From: Zootoca vivipara
Taxonomy: Eukaryota
Direction: 5' to 3'
Assembly: GCF_963506605.1 (NCBI RefSeq)
Contig: NC_083288.1
Coordinates: forward strand, 29,202,001-29,266,000
Length of the DNA stretch: 64,000 nt
Notes under the pieces: generated by a model
The model's input: only the letters and a program-made list of their open reading frames with translations
Databases searched by the model: none
What the model was told of the DNA's origin: nothing
Shown here: positions 25,649 to 39,104 of the stretch, piece by piece
How the letters are laid out: the number at the start of each line of letters is the position of its first letter
How positions within the stretch are numbered: position 1 is the first letter of the stretch
Translations under genes and position numbers: made by a program

Positions 25649-26587
25649 TTAATAGAATACTCTCTTCTTTACTATTATGCTTTTAAATGCTTCATGGACC
25701 TGAGTATTCCTCAAGGTGTAGATGAAAGGGTTCAGAAATGGTGTCACCACACAATAGAAGACAGATACTACTTTGTCTGTATTATGGATATCCCTTGCTG
25801 AAGGCCTCACATACATATAGATGACTGAGCCATAATATATTAATACTACACTAAGATGGGCAGTGCAAGTGGAGAAGGCTTTACGCCTTCCCCCACTGGA
25901 TGGCATCCTCACTATAGTCACAATGATGTTGATATAAGACACCGTTATCAAGCAAAAGCAACCCAAAACCATTGAAGAAATGGACATGAAAAAGAAAAAT
26001 TCAATGAATGATTTCCCCCTACATGGAAGAGTCAGCACTGGGGCAAGATCACAGAAGAAATGGTTGATTATATTGGGCCCACAGAAATCCAGCATAGCGA
26101 GAAAAATGGTTGGGGGCAAAGGAGCAAGAAAAGCTCCCACCCAACACCCAAGAATCAGCGATTTACAGACTCTATTGTTCATGACTGTGGTATAGTTCAT
26201 AGGGTTACAGATGGCTAAGAAGCGGTCATAAGCCATAAGCACCAGCAGGAAGTTCTCTGTCAGGCCCAGGAAGAGGTTGAAGTAAAGCTGTGTGAAGCAA
26301 CCAACCATGCTGATCACTTTCCTGTCTTTTAAGAAGTCGAACAACATTTTGGGGACAGTGTTTGTCATGTGTCCAATTTCTATCAAAGACAAATGGCTTA
26401 GGAATAAATACATGGGTGTTTGGAGCTTCTGATGTAACTGAACAATGGTGATAATTGTGACGTTCCCACATATGGCCAAGATGTAAGCCAATAGGAAGAG
26501 TGCCAGGAGAAAAGTCTGGAGCCTTTGAGGATTAGAGAAACCAAGGAGGATGAATTCATTCACAGAAGTTTGGTTTTCTGAGATCAT
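25649..26587 (-). CDS. Olfactory receptor, family 6/11-like, 312 aa; paralog of 21169-22101
   Basis: Intact ORF, NQT glycosylation site, canonical OR motifs. Confidence 0.96.
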   Translation of the reverse strand: MISENQTSVNEFILLGFSNPQRLQTFLLALFLLAYILAICGNVTIITIVQLHQKLQTPMYLFLSHLSLIEIGHMTNTVPKMLFDFLKDRKVISMVGCFTQLYFNLFLGLTENFLLVLMAYDRFLAICNPMNYTTVMNNRVCKSLILGCWVGAFLAPLPPTIFLAMLDFCGPNIINHFFCDLAPVLTLPCRGKSFIEFFFFMSISSMVLGCFCLITVSYINIIVTIVRMPSSGGRRKAFSTCTAHLSVVLIYYGSVIYMYVRPSARDIHNTDKVVSVFYCVVTPFLNPFIYTLRNTQVHEAFKSIIVKKRVFY

Positions 26588-26874
26588 ACTTGTATCTGTT
26601 AATGTCCTTCAAAAGAAAATTAATATAACATATTCTTAATAACAAGTAGCAAAAACCTAGCTTGAGACAGATATTAATAGAAGTTATGGTGTTTACACTC
26701 ACAGGACAGCTGTGGACTACATTTGTAATGTAACAGTAGGTTCTTTTTCATCTATGCAGGTTACCATTCATGTGTCACACCCTAGAGCAAGGGTAGCAAA
26801 TATATTTCAGGCCAAGGGCTGCACTTCCACTTGGGCAACATTCACACAAAGAGTGTGAACATAGAAACAAGCAT

Positions 26875-27855
26875 GAAAACATAAGAAGAACTTGCTGGAT
26901 CAAGCCAGTGGCCCAATTAGTTCAGCATCCTATTCTCACAGTGGCCACACAGATACCTGTGGGAAACATGCAAGCAGGGTTCAAGCACAAATGCACTCTA
27001 CCTTTCTGAGCCTGCGCAGGAACTGGTACCGGTATCCAGGAGCATACTACCTCCTACTTGTAAAGGCATAGCCATTGTGGTTAGTAGCTATTGATAGCCT
27101 TATCCTCATTGAAGTTGTCCAATCCTCTTTTAAATCCGTCCAAGTTGGTAGACACCACTGCTCCCATGGGAACGAGTTCCATAGTTTGAATATGTGTTGC
27201 ATGAAGAAGCACTTTCTTTTATCTGTCATAAATGTTCCAACATTCATCTTCACTGGATGCCCATAAATTATAGCCTTATGACAGAGGCAGAAAAATGTCT
27301 CTACCCACACTTTCTCCATGCCATCCATAATTTTATAAACTTTTATGTTGTTGGGGCTTATTTGCCTTTTCTCTAAACTAAAAAGCCCCCAATGCTGTAA
27401 CATTTTCTCATGGTGGAGTCGCTCCATCACCTTGTTCTATTTGGTTTCCATTTCTAGAACCTTTCCCACCTGTACTGTAACATTTAGAGGTGATGACCAG
27501 AACCTTACACATTGTTCCAATGCAATCAAGCCATTTATTTGTAGAACAGCAGTTTTATATTCATTTTTAAAAATAATGATTCCTAGCATGGAATTTGCCT
27601 TTTTTATAGCTTCCACACAATGGGTTGTCAGCTTCATTAAGTTATTCAGTTTCACTACAAGGTCTCATTCCTGGTGATTCACTGCCATTTCAGGCCCCAT
27701 GAATGCATAAGTGAAATTAAAATTCCTCCCTTCCCTGACATATATCACTTTACTCTTGTTTATGGTGAATTGCATTTGCCATATTACTACGTATTTACTC
27801 AGTTTGGATAAGTTAGAGCTCTTTGCAATCCCTTTTTGTTTTAACCATCCTGAAA
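26875..27855 (-). mobile_element. Old CR1 LINE 3' fragment
   Basis: Degenerate ORF2 C-terminus (KKANSMLG; GLFSLEKR...VYKIM.G...LWNS). Confidence 0.8.
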
Positions 27856-28624
27856 AATAAAGTCTTCATACCCCAGGAATAAAGATCCCAGACAAGTCTC
27901 CCCTCTGATTTAATTGTAATTAGGTTTGATGTGAATGTCAGTACTTCTTGATATGTAATCGGATTGTAGGTCCATTAGTACTGATTTTAATTGATATGGG
28001 CTGCACTCCTGCTCCCTTCATGCATAGTAAGCAAAATGCAGAAGGACCACAGCTCACCACAGAATACAGAAAAAGCTGCTGAATTACAGCACAATACTAT
28101 GCACATCTATGCAGAATTAAGTCCCATTGAGTTAAGTCCCACTGGGGCCTACTCCCAATTAAATTTGTATAGGATTGCAGTCTCAATGGGGAAACCTTTT
28201 TTTAGGAAAACGAATGACTGAGAGCTGTTTTCTGATGGTGCTCAAAGCTATTTTCTGATGACACTCTACCAAATTCATCCCCCATCCCAACTCTTGCTAC
28301 ATCATGCTTTTTACCTGGGGTCTTTTGCATGCAAGGCATGTGCTCTGGGACTGTGCTATGATTCAGACCTCTCCTTATCAGTTTTTTTATTTGAGTAAAA
28401 CACCAAGATGCTTTCAAAATGACATTTTAAGTGACCATTTCAAAACAGAATTCAACTGGAAACAACAAGCAGTGTTTAAATGCCCATGTGCTGAAGACCC
28501 TGAGAAGGTGACCTTTCTATATTCTTCTACTGAAGCAGAAAGATTTGCATGTACTCTATTCCAGTGTGGGCCATTTACACTCCATAGCTTTTGCACACAT
28601 CTGTTTTGAGATAATCTATTAAAG

Positions 28625-28758
28625 CAGGCATCCCCAAACTTCGGCCCTCCAGATGTTTGGACTACAATTCCCATCATCCCTGGCCACTGGTCCTCTTAGC
28701 AGGGATCATGGGAGTTGTAGGCCAAAACATCTGGAGGGTCGCAGTTTGGGGATGCCTG
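28625..28758. mobile_element. Palindromic hAT (Charlie-like) MITE
   Basis: Near-perfect hairpin caggcatccccaaact.../...agtttggggatgcctg; 8-bp TSD tattaaag. Confidence 0.9.
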
Positions 28759-29982
28759 TATTAAAGGGTCCTTAGGGCAATGGGCAAGATGGCCCATTGA
28801 TATATGCTCCCCCCCCAAAAAAAAACTTACCTTTTTGTCAGTGTGCCAAAGGGATTTTCTTGCCCAAGTTAGTCATTGTGTCCCTCTCACTATGATTTAA
28901 AAAAAAAACCAAACAAACACAAATACCCAGAACAATTCTTGCTGCTTTAATTTCTAAAAGAACCATGGGAGGTTCACCTATACACCTTCCTCAGCTGCCT
29001 CCTAGATAATCTGAATGCACACGCACCTCATAACCACTGCAGATATCTGAAGGTGCATTTAATTTCTTTCAAGAATAGAAAACTTAGCATGGAAGGCAAG
29101 TAAGAAATTTTATTCCAAAAACGATTACACCAACACTGTGAAACATTAAAAATACATCTATTCCCAATCTAAAGAAAGATGGCAGAAACCCAGGTTGTCT
29201 ATAGTTAGATCATCCATTAGTATTGCTTGGTGATCTTCTTGAATTCTAAAGCAACATTGTGAGGCAACTATTTATACACTGATTCTAATGCAACAGGGTC
29301 AATAACACCATTGATGTTGTTTTCCTATCAATGTATGGCCTGTTATTTCTCAGTAGGATTGGTTAATATTTTCACTTCCCATAGAGATTCCCCTTTGGCC
29401 CATGGGACCCAATTTATGAGATACCAATCTCATAATGATTTCCTTTCCTTGAAATTGTTGATATAAGAACTTGGTGGTGGTTCATTGGAAATATCGTATT
29501 CCAATTATCCCCTCACAGTTGACATGCCTCACATCAGAAATGACAGCATATCATTCTCAGTGTTTAGTGACAGAGAGATAGAATAAATAAACATGATCAG
29601 GTATCTGGAAATAACATGTGGACTGGAGAAATGTTGATGAATCTGATGACTTTTGGGCTCAGAGTAAAGACCAGAAGAAATGGGCAATAGATTGACGTAT
29701 ATACAATTTAATTGCCATGTTTTTCAGTTTTGACTGATTGGTATTGACGTGTATGCATAGGAGGGGAAAGTGAGTACCTTCACTGTATTTTCCTCCCTTA
29801 ATTTCAAAATATATTTTCAAATTAACACAAACCTAATCTGAAAACCTATAAATACATTTCTAGAACTTGCCTTTTTCATTTCTGCCTTATGCTTTATTCT
29901 GGAAGATGAGCAGATTAAGTTTATGGCCAAAACACAGGTTGATTTCTGACGAGAAAAAGAAGAAGAAGCCACAAAGATTATA

Positions 29983-30884
29983 CTACTCTGATTTCCTTAT
30001 GAGATGCCCTTTAGTGTTAAGATTAGGCTTCAAAATGACAATATAACATTTTGGAAAAAAGATACAGCCAAGTAAACCTGCAGCAGAGGCTAAGATGGAG
30101 AAGATCTCCACAGCTACCATGTATTTCCCTTTGGTGCTCAGGTAAGTGGGAACAAAGCAGACCCAAACACTGCAAAACACCAACATGCTGAAAGTGATAA
30201 ATTTAGCTTCATTAAAACTATCTGGCAGGTTCCTTGCAAGGAAAGCTACCAGAAAACTGATAATGGCTAAAAGGCCCATGTAGGTGAGGACGCAATAAAA
30301 CATAGTGACTGATCCTTCATCACACTGAACTATGATCTGTCCACTTTCAGAGTGCATGTCTAAGCTCGGGAAGGGAGGGTTTGCTCCTAACCATAGAGTG
30401 CAGATTACAAATTGGCCAAGGAAACAGAACAGGACAATGGAGTTGGCTACTCTTTTCCTCAGCCATTTCCTCATATTGCTTCCTGGCTGTGTGGCTTTGA
30501 AAGCCAGGACCACAGTGATGGTTTTGGCCAGCAAAGAAGAAACAGCAGCAGAGAAGATGAGGCCAAATGTTGTTTGTCGGAGAAGGCAGGTCACTTTCCT
30601 TGGCCTGCCAATAAAGAGCAAGGGGCAGAGGAAACAAAACAGGAGAGAGACAAGCAGAATGTAGGTGATATCTCGGTTGTTGGCTTTGACAACTGGAGTG
30701 TCTCGATGCTTAATAAATATTTGAAGTATCAGAGCAGTGACTAAAGACAACATGAGGGAACAGGTAGCTGAAGCCATTCCCAAAGGTTCTTCATACGAGA
30801 GGAAGTGAATTACTTTTGGAATGCATTGATCCCGTTCTTGGTTGGAGTACTGCTCATCTAGACATCTGTCACAATGATCTGCAT
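29983..30884 (-). CDS. V2R exon 6 (7TM: [14 protein letters not shown]...[16 protein letters not shown]...FPKCYI)
   Basis: Within ORF 29983-31053; acceptor ttttaaaag; class C GPCR 7TM motifs; AATAAA about 90 nt downstream (29893-29898). Confidence 0.96.
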
Positions 30885-33384
30885 CTTTTAAAAGAGTAGA
30901 AACTGTCAGTGATTCAAGATACCAGTTCAAATCAAAGTAGAATTGGGGAACCAGGATTTTGTGGGCATAGTCCATCAGAAATGTATGTAGAGCAGGTGTA
31001 GCCAATATTCTAGATATTGTTAGAATACATTCCCAGCCAATGGTCAAGGACAATGGGAGCTGGAGTTCAAGTATGTCTTGACTACAGCACCTTAGGTAGC
31101 CCTGATAAAGAGGTTCCAGTTTTTAATCTTTAGTTGTTTTCTTTTTGTGGGGAGGGGGCTTTCAGCTTCACTGCTGCTAGGCTTGCTGAATTTTAACTTT
31201 ATTGCTTAACTGGAGGAATTAACTGGCTGGCATGCATGCTCTTCCCTTCTTCAGGCTATAACCTATGGTAGTTTGTATGAAAATTTGTATTTTTAAAGTC
31301 AGATTACAGTACTGGGAATGGCAATACATCATCATGCAGTCTCATTCTCACGGGCATCCCAGCCAAATGTTACAGAGCCTGGGCATTTTCTTTCCATCAC
31401 TCTAATGCTTGCACTTGTCCACACACCTTCACTTCATACAAATAGTGTTGCGAAGTGGAGAAAGAATTTTCACCCAGCCCCATACTTAGTACTGAAAGGA
31501 CTATGGGACTCCAGGACTTTCCTACCTGTCTGGTTAGAAATCATCCCTTCTGGGCATGGAGTGCAATCATAGCAGCAGACTTGTTTACCCTCCTGAACTC
31601 TCTGGCTGTATCCAGAATGGCAGATTTCAGAACACACAGAACAGGGCAGGGTCTAAATAGAAAAATAAGGTGATTAAAGTATTGCTGTTGGAGGATGCTA
31701 ATCCCTCACTTGGGGTATATAGGTGTAATCCTGTGAATAGTTACATAGGGAACAGCAGAGACTATTGCACTAGTTGTATTACATCCTTACCCCTGACTCA
31801 AATAACAGTCACACTATTTACTGGCATATGACTAAGGAATGGCACATCACCATTCTGTTGGGGGCAAATTTATCCATGCTTCCCTTCCTTCCTTCCTTCC
31901 TTCCTTCCTTCCTTCCTTCCTTCCTTCCTTTCTTTCTTCTATTTTTTTTCGTATTTAAGTAAGAAAAGGAAGGGGGGAAATCACTGAAAGTGAAGAAAGA
32001 AAGAAAAATTAAAAAATACTAATAAAACAAAAACAACAACAAAACAAAAACTCTAAAGGAGGGTACAAAGCAGAGCAAATAAGAGTGTGGCTTAGTATAA
32101 GGTTACCAGATGTCCCCATTTCCCGGGGATAGTCCCTGGATTTACAAATCAGTCCTCATACAAAATCTGGTAACCTTAGCTTAGTGAGAGCCCCAAGTGC
32201 CAGTTTCAGGGGGTTAGAGGCTCCCCAACCTTTCTAGATATCTGGGGGACCATCCTTACACTGCTGATGTCTCCTCTTGCATGTGGGTGGTGCAGAACTT
32301 ATGGCTTATGAAACATGACCCAAGGACTTTGTTATTTGTGCATATAATATTAATGACTAAAGTAACCCACCTTGTTGAACCAACTGTTCCAAGTTATTGC
32401 ATTATCTTTAATGATAAACTTATTGTGTATTGATGTATGGGGGTCCATTATTCCAATTTTAGCCCGGATGAGGGATCCATTAGGGAACACATAGCAATTC
32501 ACAATATCATATCCAGTTGTAGACTCTTGGTGCTCATTAAAAAATATCTCTTCCCCAGCACTATTGTTAAACCTGATATTTCTTAACATATGGTGTAGCT
32601 TTTTTAAAACAAAACAAAACAAAGCACATCATATGCTAGGGATTGTTGGAGAAATCTTAGAGCTTCTGCTGTACAATGCAAGCAAACACCTTTGCCTAAA
32701 AAAGAGAGCTGTTCTAGGTTTGTCCATATAATTGATTGATTGATTGATTGATTGATTGGCTGATTCATAAAATGTATCTACTGCTTTATTGCAGAAAAAA
32801 AATCAAAGTGGCTTACAGAAAAATAAGAAAATAAAATCAAGAAAAAATACAACCTTATTTAAAACATACAAAAGTTAAAATACTAAAGCAGATTAAAATT
32901 ATCTCATGTTTCTAAGCATCTGGGTAGGCTTGTCTAAACAATATTTTTTTACTTTTTTTTACCAGGTGCTGAAAAGATTGAAGTGAAGGTGCCTGCTTGA
33001 TCTCAGTAGGCAGGGAATTCCAAAGTGTAGGTGCTACTACACTAAATTTACCCATTTGATGTGGTGGCTACAGGATTTGGCTAGTTTGTACAGAGCAGAT
33101 TTAACTCACAGTGTAGACCAGGGATAGCCAACATGGTGTCTTCCACATCTTCTTGGACTCCAAATCCGATCAGCCCTAGGCGGCATGGACAATGGCCAGT
33201 GATAATCAAAGCTGTAGTACAAGAACACCTAGAGGGTCCTCTGTTGGCTATACCCTGGTGAAGACAAATTGCTATAGCACTATATACATCACATATCAAG
33301 ATTTTGGGTGGGTGACTAGAGTACAAATTATATAAAACCTTAAAGCTAATATTTTGAATGGCTGCTTCACTTCTGGGTCCTACG

Positions 33385-33434
<50 letters not shown>

Positions 33435-36400
33435 TTATTTCTACCTTGCCCACTCTGGGTGGCTTCCAAAAGAAGGTTAAAAATACATTAAAACATCAGT
33501 CAATAAAAAACTTCCCTAAACAGGGCTGCTTTAGATGTCTTCAAGCTGCTTATAATCATTTTCAAAGTCCTAATTTCTCCTATAGCCCCAACTAGCCTGC
33601 ACAATGATAAAGAATGATGGGATTTTCAGTTCAAATTTGGGAGGGCATCAAGTTGGGCAAGGCTGCTATAAATTGACTTTGGTGACATCATCACCATCAG
33701 GATCAGCATCATCTATCATTAAAAGAATAATAAATATTGAATCATCTTACCTGCTGCTGCACATTCCTCAGTCCCAATATGCCTCTTTCCCCCAACTTTA
33801 TGTGCTTGGATGTGGATAAGTGCATTTCATGTAAAACATGTGCTATGACATGAACCGCATTGTAGGCACTATAGCTCTGACCAGACATGCTCATTTCAAA
33901 CACAGCTCCTGGCAGAGACTCCAGGTGTTCCTCTGTTGAACATCTTAGCTCACTGGTCCTATCAGAGTAGTTAACGCCACAGTGAAATACCTTCTTGTAG
34001 AATTCTTTCATGAACACGTCTTTTGGATGATAACGCTGAGGATTAAAGGCCTTAAGAAAATCTTGGAAACCTGGCACAACAGTTGTGTGAATTGCGAAAG
34101 CCAGAGCACCATGGAAATGTTTTAGAGACCAGAAACTCTGAGAGTCCACTGCAGTAAAGTCCCACTGTGCGTTCATGATCCAAACTTTCCCTACGAGAGC
34201 CATTTGAGCACCTTGATAATTCAAATCTATCAAGTAAGTAAATAGCATTAGGGATTGGGAATCGCCACATACAACAACCACATTGGCTTTGGTTTGAGAG
34301 AATGTGTGATACATTTTTGCCTCTTCCTTTCCTATATCTTTGTCAGTGGCAGAGGTTATTGCCAAGATACTTTGAGTGAAAGCCACACAAAGATTATGCT
34401 GAGTGAACAATCCCTTCAGAGTCTGCACAAACGTTTCTCCACTGTGATCATCTGGAGCAACAAGACCAACCCATTTCCATGAGAAATGAAGGAGTAACTG
34501 GATTACCCCTTTAAGCTGCATGTCTTCATTTGGTACCATCCGATAGAAGAAAGGGAATCGGGTTTTATCACTTAGCACTGGATCAAATGAACCATAACTG
34601 AGCTGGAGGAGAACACAGGCAACATGTAAGGTGTTCATTTAAAATTCTTTATCTGCAGTCCTTCCAGAAAAAGTATTTCCCATCCAAATAACTGGATGAG
34701 GTGCTCAAGATCTGTATTAGCAGAATGAGGGTCTATCACTTCTCGCCACCTCTCCACTATCTAGAAGTTGCTGTTAGCATTTATGAAAATGTATAGGTTT
34801 TCTACTGTGTGTGAAGAGCATCTTTAAGAGTAAGGCGAGGAGTGGGGGGCGTTAGAAAAGTAGAAGCAGGAAAGGTGCAGTAACTGGAAAGCGTCGAGAA
34901 AGACATGTTTCCCTTGGATTAACATTTGCCCCAATTTATCTATAGAGAGTGGGTTTTCCTGGCGGAAGTGATAAAGCAAGGGCCAAAACCACTCACACCT
35001 GTGCCTAGAAAGTGTGGGACAAGCGGAAAACCACTTGAACCCATGATTTCTTGGCACATGACAAGTGGAAGTGTGGAAGATGAGTGGAAAGCTGGGATCT
35101 GAGGATAATACATTATCATGGAGGAGGGATTGTCCCCTGTGGACATTTATGTGCATAAGAAGGACACATTGCTCATAAATCAAGAAACCATACTCAGGGG
35201 GGAAAGTTCTCACCCACAGCTAGCCCTCCGAGTCCAAGTAGGGGCTTAAATTGCAAAACATAGAAGACCATGAATCCCAGTGTTAACTTCTGTTGACTCA
35301 AAATGGTAAGCACACACACACAAAGGAAAGGACACAAAAAGATTGTGAAACTGGCCCTTTGATCTTTCATGTAATACTGTATGTTGTTAATTTCAAAGGG
35401 TTTTGATTCTGTGCAGTCCCATGGCATCAGTTTTGCCTTTGACGAAAGTCTAGCTAGCTGTCTAGCTATCTCCATGTATCCATCTCTATCCATCTCTTTC
35501 ACTAATCTTTTGGAAGGTCTGCTAAAGTAATTATAAGCACAAGCGTATATATAGCTGCAATGAATCGAGTGAAAAGAGCTGAAACATCCAGGATGGGGGA
35601 GGGGAATATAGTGAAAAGTTTGCAAATGTTCTTGAAAGCCTTGCAGGTTGTTTGCTTACATGAAATTCTGTTTCAGCCAATGTAAACAATATAAGCAAAA
35701 CCATGTGTTTGTGTGTATACATACAATTAGCAGCAACACATATAAAACACACACAAAGAAATGAGGGTGGATGCTTACTATCTGCAAGTCTAACCTTTAC
35801 AGTGCTTTGTCTAAGCAAATCAGTATGAATGCTTAATAAATGAATCATTTTGATGAGTGAATAGTCCTCTGAAAGTACATGACTCCTCTTCCCAATCCAA
35901 AAGTCCATACCTGAGGCATTTTGTAGGTGCTCGCAATATTTGATATTTCAATGGAGTTTTCAGATGCAAGTCCCCCAACAATGGCCAACACACTGTTCTT
36001 TGTATCACAGTTATAATTATTGGTTCTAATACCTCCTGATGTGAGCAACTGCATTGTTGTGAAATAAGTGAGTCTTCCATTGCACAAGTTGTCAAGTAGA
36101 CGGAAACCCAGAGTGACATTAGGTAAAAGCTTTGGATTCTTGTTGACTTCAATAATGGCAAACCAAAAAGCCAGGAAGTGTTGGATATTCTTAGGTAGTA
36201 TCCTACAACATGGATTGGAGTGATAGTTACAAATTATTCAGCTGGCAACTACTTAAAGAAAAAAATGTGAGACATGTCCGTATTTCTAATATGTGTTTCC
36301 AATGAAAGAGCCAGAACTAACAAGATGAGATTACATTGACCATGCAACCTTAAAAGGTAAAGGGACCCCTGACCATTAGGTCGAGTCATGACCGACTCTA

Positions 36401-37735
36401 GGGTTGCGGAGCTCATCTTGCTTTATTGGCAGAGGGAGCCGGCGTACAGCTTCCAGGTCATGTGGCCAGCATGACAAAGCCACTTCTGGCGAACCAGAGC
36501 AGTGCATGGAAACGCCGTTTACCTTCCCGCTTGGAGCAGTACCTATTTATCTACTTGCACTTTGATGTGCTTTTGAACTGCTAAGTTGGCAGGAGCTGGG
36601 ACAGAGCAACGGGAGCTCACCCCGTCGCAGGGATTCGAACCACAGACCTTCTGATCGGCAAGACCTAGGCTCTGTGGTTTAACCCACAGCTCCACCTGCG
36701 TCCCATGCAACCTTAATTGCATTCAAATGTGAACACCTAAGTGTAATGACATTTGCATACGTATATAGTTCTGAGTTACTGAATTGATAGCATAAGTATT
36801 CAATAAACAATGAACCATACAAAATTATATTTTCTGATTCATTGCACAAACACAAAGTCTAAAGTCTCAAAATTTCACCAACCAACCCCCCCCCCTCAAA
36901 GTAAGGTTCAGTTTCCTTGGAATGGATGTCAGCAGAGACTGTAGTGTCTTTGGGACATACACATAACATGCAACATGAACATAGGAGTGAGGGGTTCAAA
37001 GCATTGACAGCCAAAAACATGTTGCTTCTTCCATTGTTACAGCTTTGGATCCAGCACAGACAGTGGCATAGCAACCCTTGCTAGCCCCTGGGGTGAAGAC
37101 TTTTTTTAAAGAGATCAGCCAAAGTTGTTTAACTTTTTGAGGGATGGTCGGTGGCTCTGCCATTCTCACTTTGAGAATATCTGCATATAGATTTTGGCAT
37201 ACTCTCTGAGTCAGCTAGCATATTAAAATGATTTCTATTTCTTTTTTTAAAAAAATATACCTGGGAAGGCGGTGCCAGACCTGAACTTCCAGGGAGCCAC
37301 CCTCTGGGATCAGGGGGCTGCGCACGCCCACGCAAAAAGCGCCCCCCCCATTGTTGTGAGGAGTGGTCATTGTGATTAAGCCCTTTGAAAATTAAATAGA
37401 TTTTTAAAAAGATACCAATTTTTGAAACACCTGTGCAAGTGTGGGGCGAGGGCTTCTTTTGTATTTATTCAAATGTAGCCAAGGAGATAGTTTATTATTA
37501 TTATTTTAAAAATGCATTGTGCTTACCTTGTCAGATAAATACCAGCATCAACAGGAGGTTTCTGAAAGCTGTTGAAGTCAAATGCAACTGAACGGAATGA
37601 AAAAACACCACCAATGATATGACCCCCTCGCTCATATTTCTCAGCCATTACCAAATCTCTTTTTGAAGTGTGGCTACATATCATACTTTGCTGAACTGTG
37701 TGAGGAGTTAGGAGTAGCAATAGAAGGAGTAGCAT
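29983..37735 (-). CDS. Vomeronasal type-2 receptor (V2R, class C GPCR), six coding exons, 2610 nt / 869 aa
   Basis: Exons 37735-37527, 36202-35911, 34602-33751, 32598-32371, 31652-31526 and 30884-29983 all have GT-AG boundaries with compatible phases (2,0,0,0,1) and no internal stops. Encodes signal peptide, Venus flytrap domain, Cys-rich domain and 7TM domain. Confidence 0.93.
31526..31652 (-). CDS. V2R exon 5 (Cys-rich: [13 protein letters not shown]...[17 protein letters not shown])
   Basis: 127 nt, acceptor ctatttag, donor CAG|gtagga; not in the ORF track, translated by hand. Confidence 0.92.
32098..32178. mobile_element. Minimal hAT MITE in V2R intron 4
   Basis: TIR taaggttaccaga/tctggtaacctta; TSD gcttagt(a/g). 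Confidence 0.75.
32371..32598 (-). CDS. V2R exon 4 ([20 protein letters not shown]...GYDIVN...FPNGS)
   Basis: 228 nt, donor AAG|gtgggt. Confidence 0.92.
33385..33434. repeat. (AAT)n microsatellite (tail of an L2-like fragment)
   Basis: Direct reading. Confidence 0.93.
33751..34602 (-). CDS. V2R exon 3 ([17 protein letters not shown]...WKWVGL...[14 protein letters not shown])
   Basis: Within ORF 33742-34638; acceptor tcctccag, donor CAG|gtaaga; 852 nt. Confidence 0.93.
35911..36202 (-). CDS. V2R exon 2 ([31 protein letters not shown]...YKMPQ)
   Basis: Acceptor tgttgtag, donor CAG|gtatgg, 292 nt, typical V2R exon-2 size and motif. Confidence 0.92.
36354..36703 (-). mobile_element. Sauria SINE in V2R intron 1
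   Basis: tRNA-related head with B-box GTTCGAATCC, ccctttacctt tail, 13-bp TSD catgcaaccttaa. Confidence 0.9.
37527..37735 (-). CDS. V2R exon 1 (signal peptide MLLLLLLLL..., GGHIIGGVF)
   Basis: ATG at 37735, donor AAG|gtaagc, 209 nt. Confidence 0.85.
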
Positions 37736-38063
37736 AGCTGTTTTTGTAAACCAGCAAAGCACTTCACCCAAAAATGGCCAAAATTGGATAGAAGTCTCTA
37801 GCGCACAGAATTGTAACCTAAGCTATAGCAGACCTCCCAGAGAGAAGCTTTTTCTCTTTCCAAGCTGAACTTACTCATTTGTTGAAACTGGTGCCTCATT
37901 TAACCAAATGTCATGACCTATAGACTGCACAGGACTTTTTCCTTCAGTGAACTAGTTACAGGAGTTAGGTTAATAGGTCATTTAACTGCAGGATAGCGCC
38001 AAAGTCAAAGCAAGTACTGTAATACCAGTAGTTTAACAATACCTGCAACAGTGTAGTCAAACT

Positions 38064-38103
<40 letters not shown>
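38064..38103. repeat. (AC)n microsatellite
   Basis: Direct reading. Confidence 0.95.
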
Positions 38104-38107
<4 letters not shown>

Positions 38108-39039
38108 TCCACCAAATACTGGTTCTTTAGGCCACAGAAATCTGAGATAGACAGTGTCAACACTTTCTTTTCCCGCAGTCTTGACAATGTATTTCAAATG
38201 CCTTATTTATACAAGTTAACAGTTGGCAGGTATTGTATCAAACACACGCAAAATATTTTGCAAGTAGCATCTGTGTATCCACAGGGCCTCAGAAAGCAGG
38301 TGGCGGGGAGAGAAGCAATTATTTCAATAATTGCAGGGATGGTAATACTCTCCCAACAATTTTGCTTCCAGGTATAGCAATGTGTAGCTGGAAAACATAT
38401 CTGCAAAATCTCAGCTGTACTGTGCTATACTTTTTTTTGTTTTGAAAGGAAAAAAGTAGTGTAAGAGATAGGATCGGTCTTGTGAAGGGAAGCCGAGAAA
38501 GAAATGTCCTGGGATCTGTTATGCTTTACCATATTAGAATGGGCTTTAGGACATGTGTCCAAGTCTACCAGGTGCTCATAGCTTGCACTTGCAAAATTAA
38601 ATGTGATTTCCTCTTCAGCTAGAGAAAAGCCAATCGATTATTGGTAATGTTAATGACTCACAGCAGCAATCCATAGATGTCCCTGAAGTGATCAGAAGCA
38701 TTTGTTCATTTGCTTAAAGCATTTATATTCTGCCATTGTTAATCTATGATAATTTATATTAACCACTGAAGAAAGCCAACATGCTAATGGAGAGAGATTT
38801 GATTTCATTGTCATTGTGGGCACTCTTTGTCTAAATCAGTCCATAATATAACTAGCAAAGCTGTGTACCCTTTCCGTTCTTGGGTGCACATACACAGTTT
38901 CACACACCTATAGCATGCCATATAGTACTCTCTAGTACTATACAAACTAATTAAGAAGTACAGACAGGGATCCCCAACCTCATCCTGCTTTGGAGCAGAT
39001 ATTTATTTTGCATTTATTTTTGTAGTTTGCATGTTCATT

Positions 39040-39073
<34 letters not shown>

Positions 39074-39104
39074 CCCACCATGATCTCCATTCCATCTGCA
39101 TTTA

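Noticed and set aside
34824-35625. ORFs and unusual sequence in V2R intron 2
   Set aside because: No recognisable domain; V2R exon phases close without it; probably an unclassified repeat.
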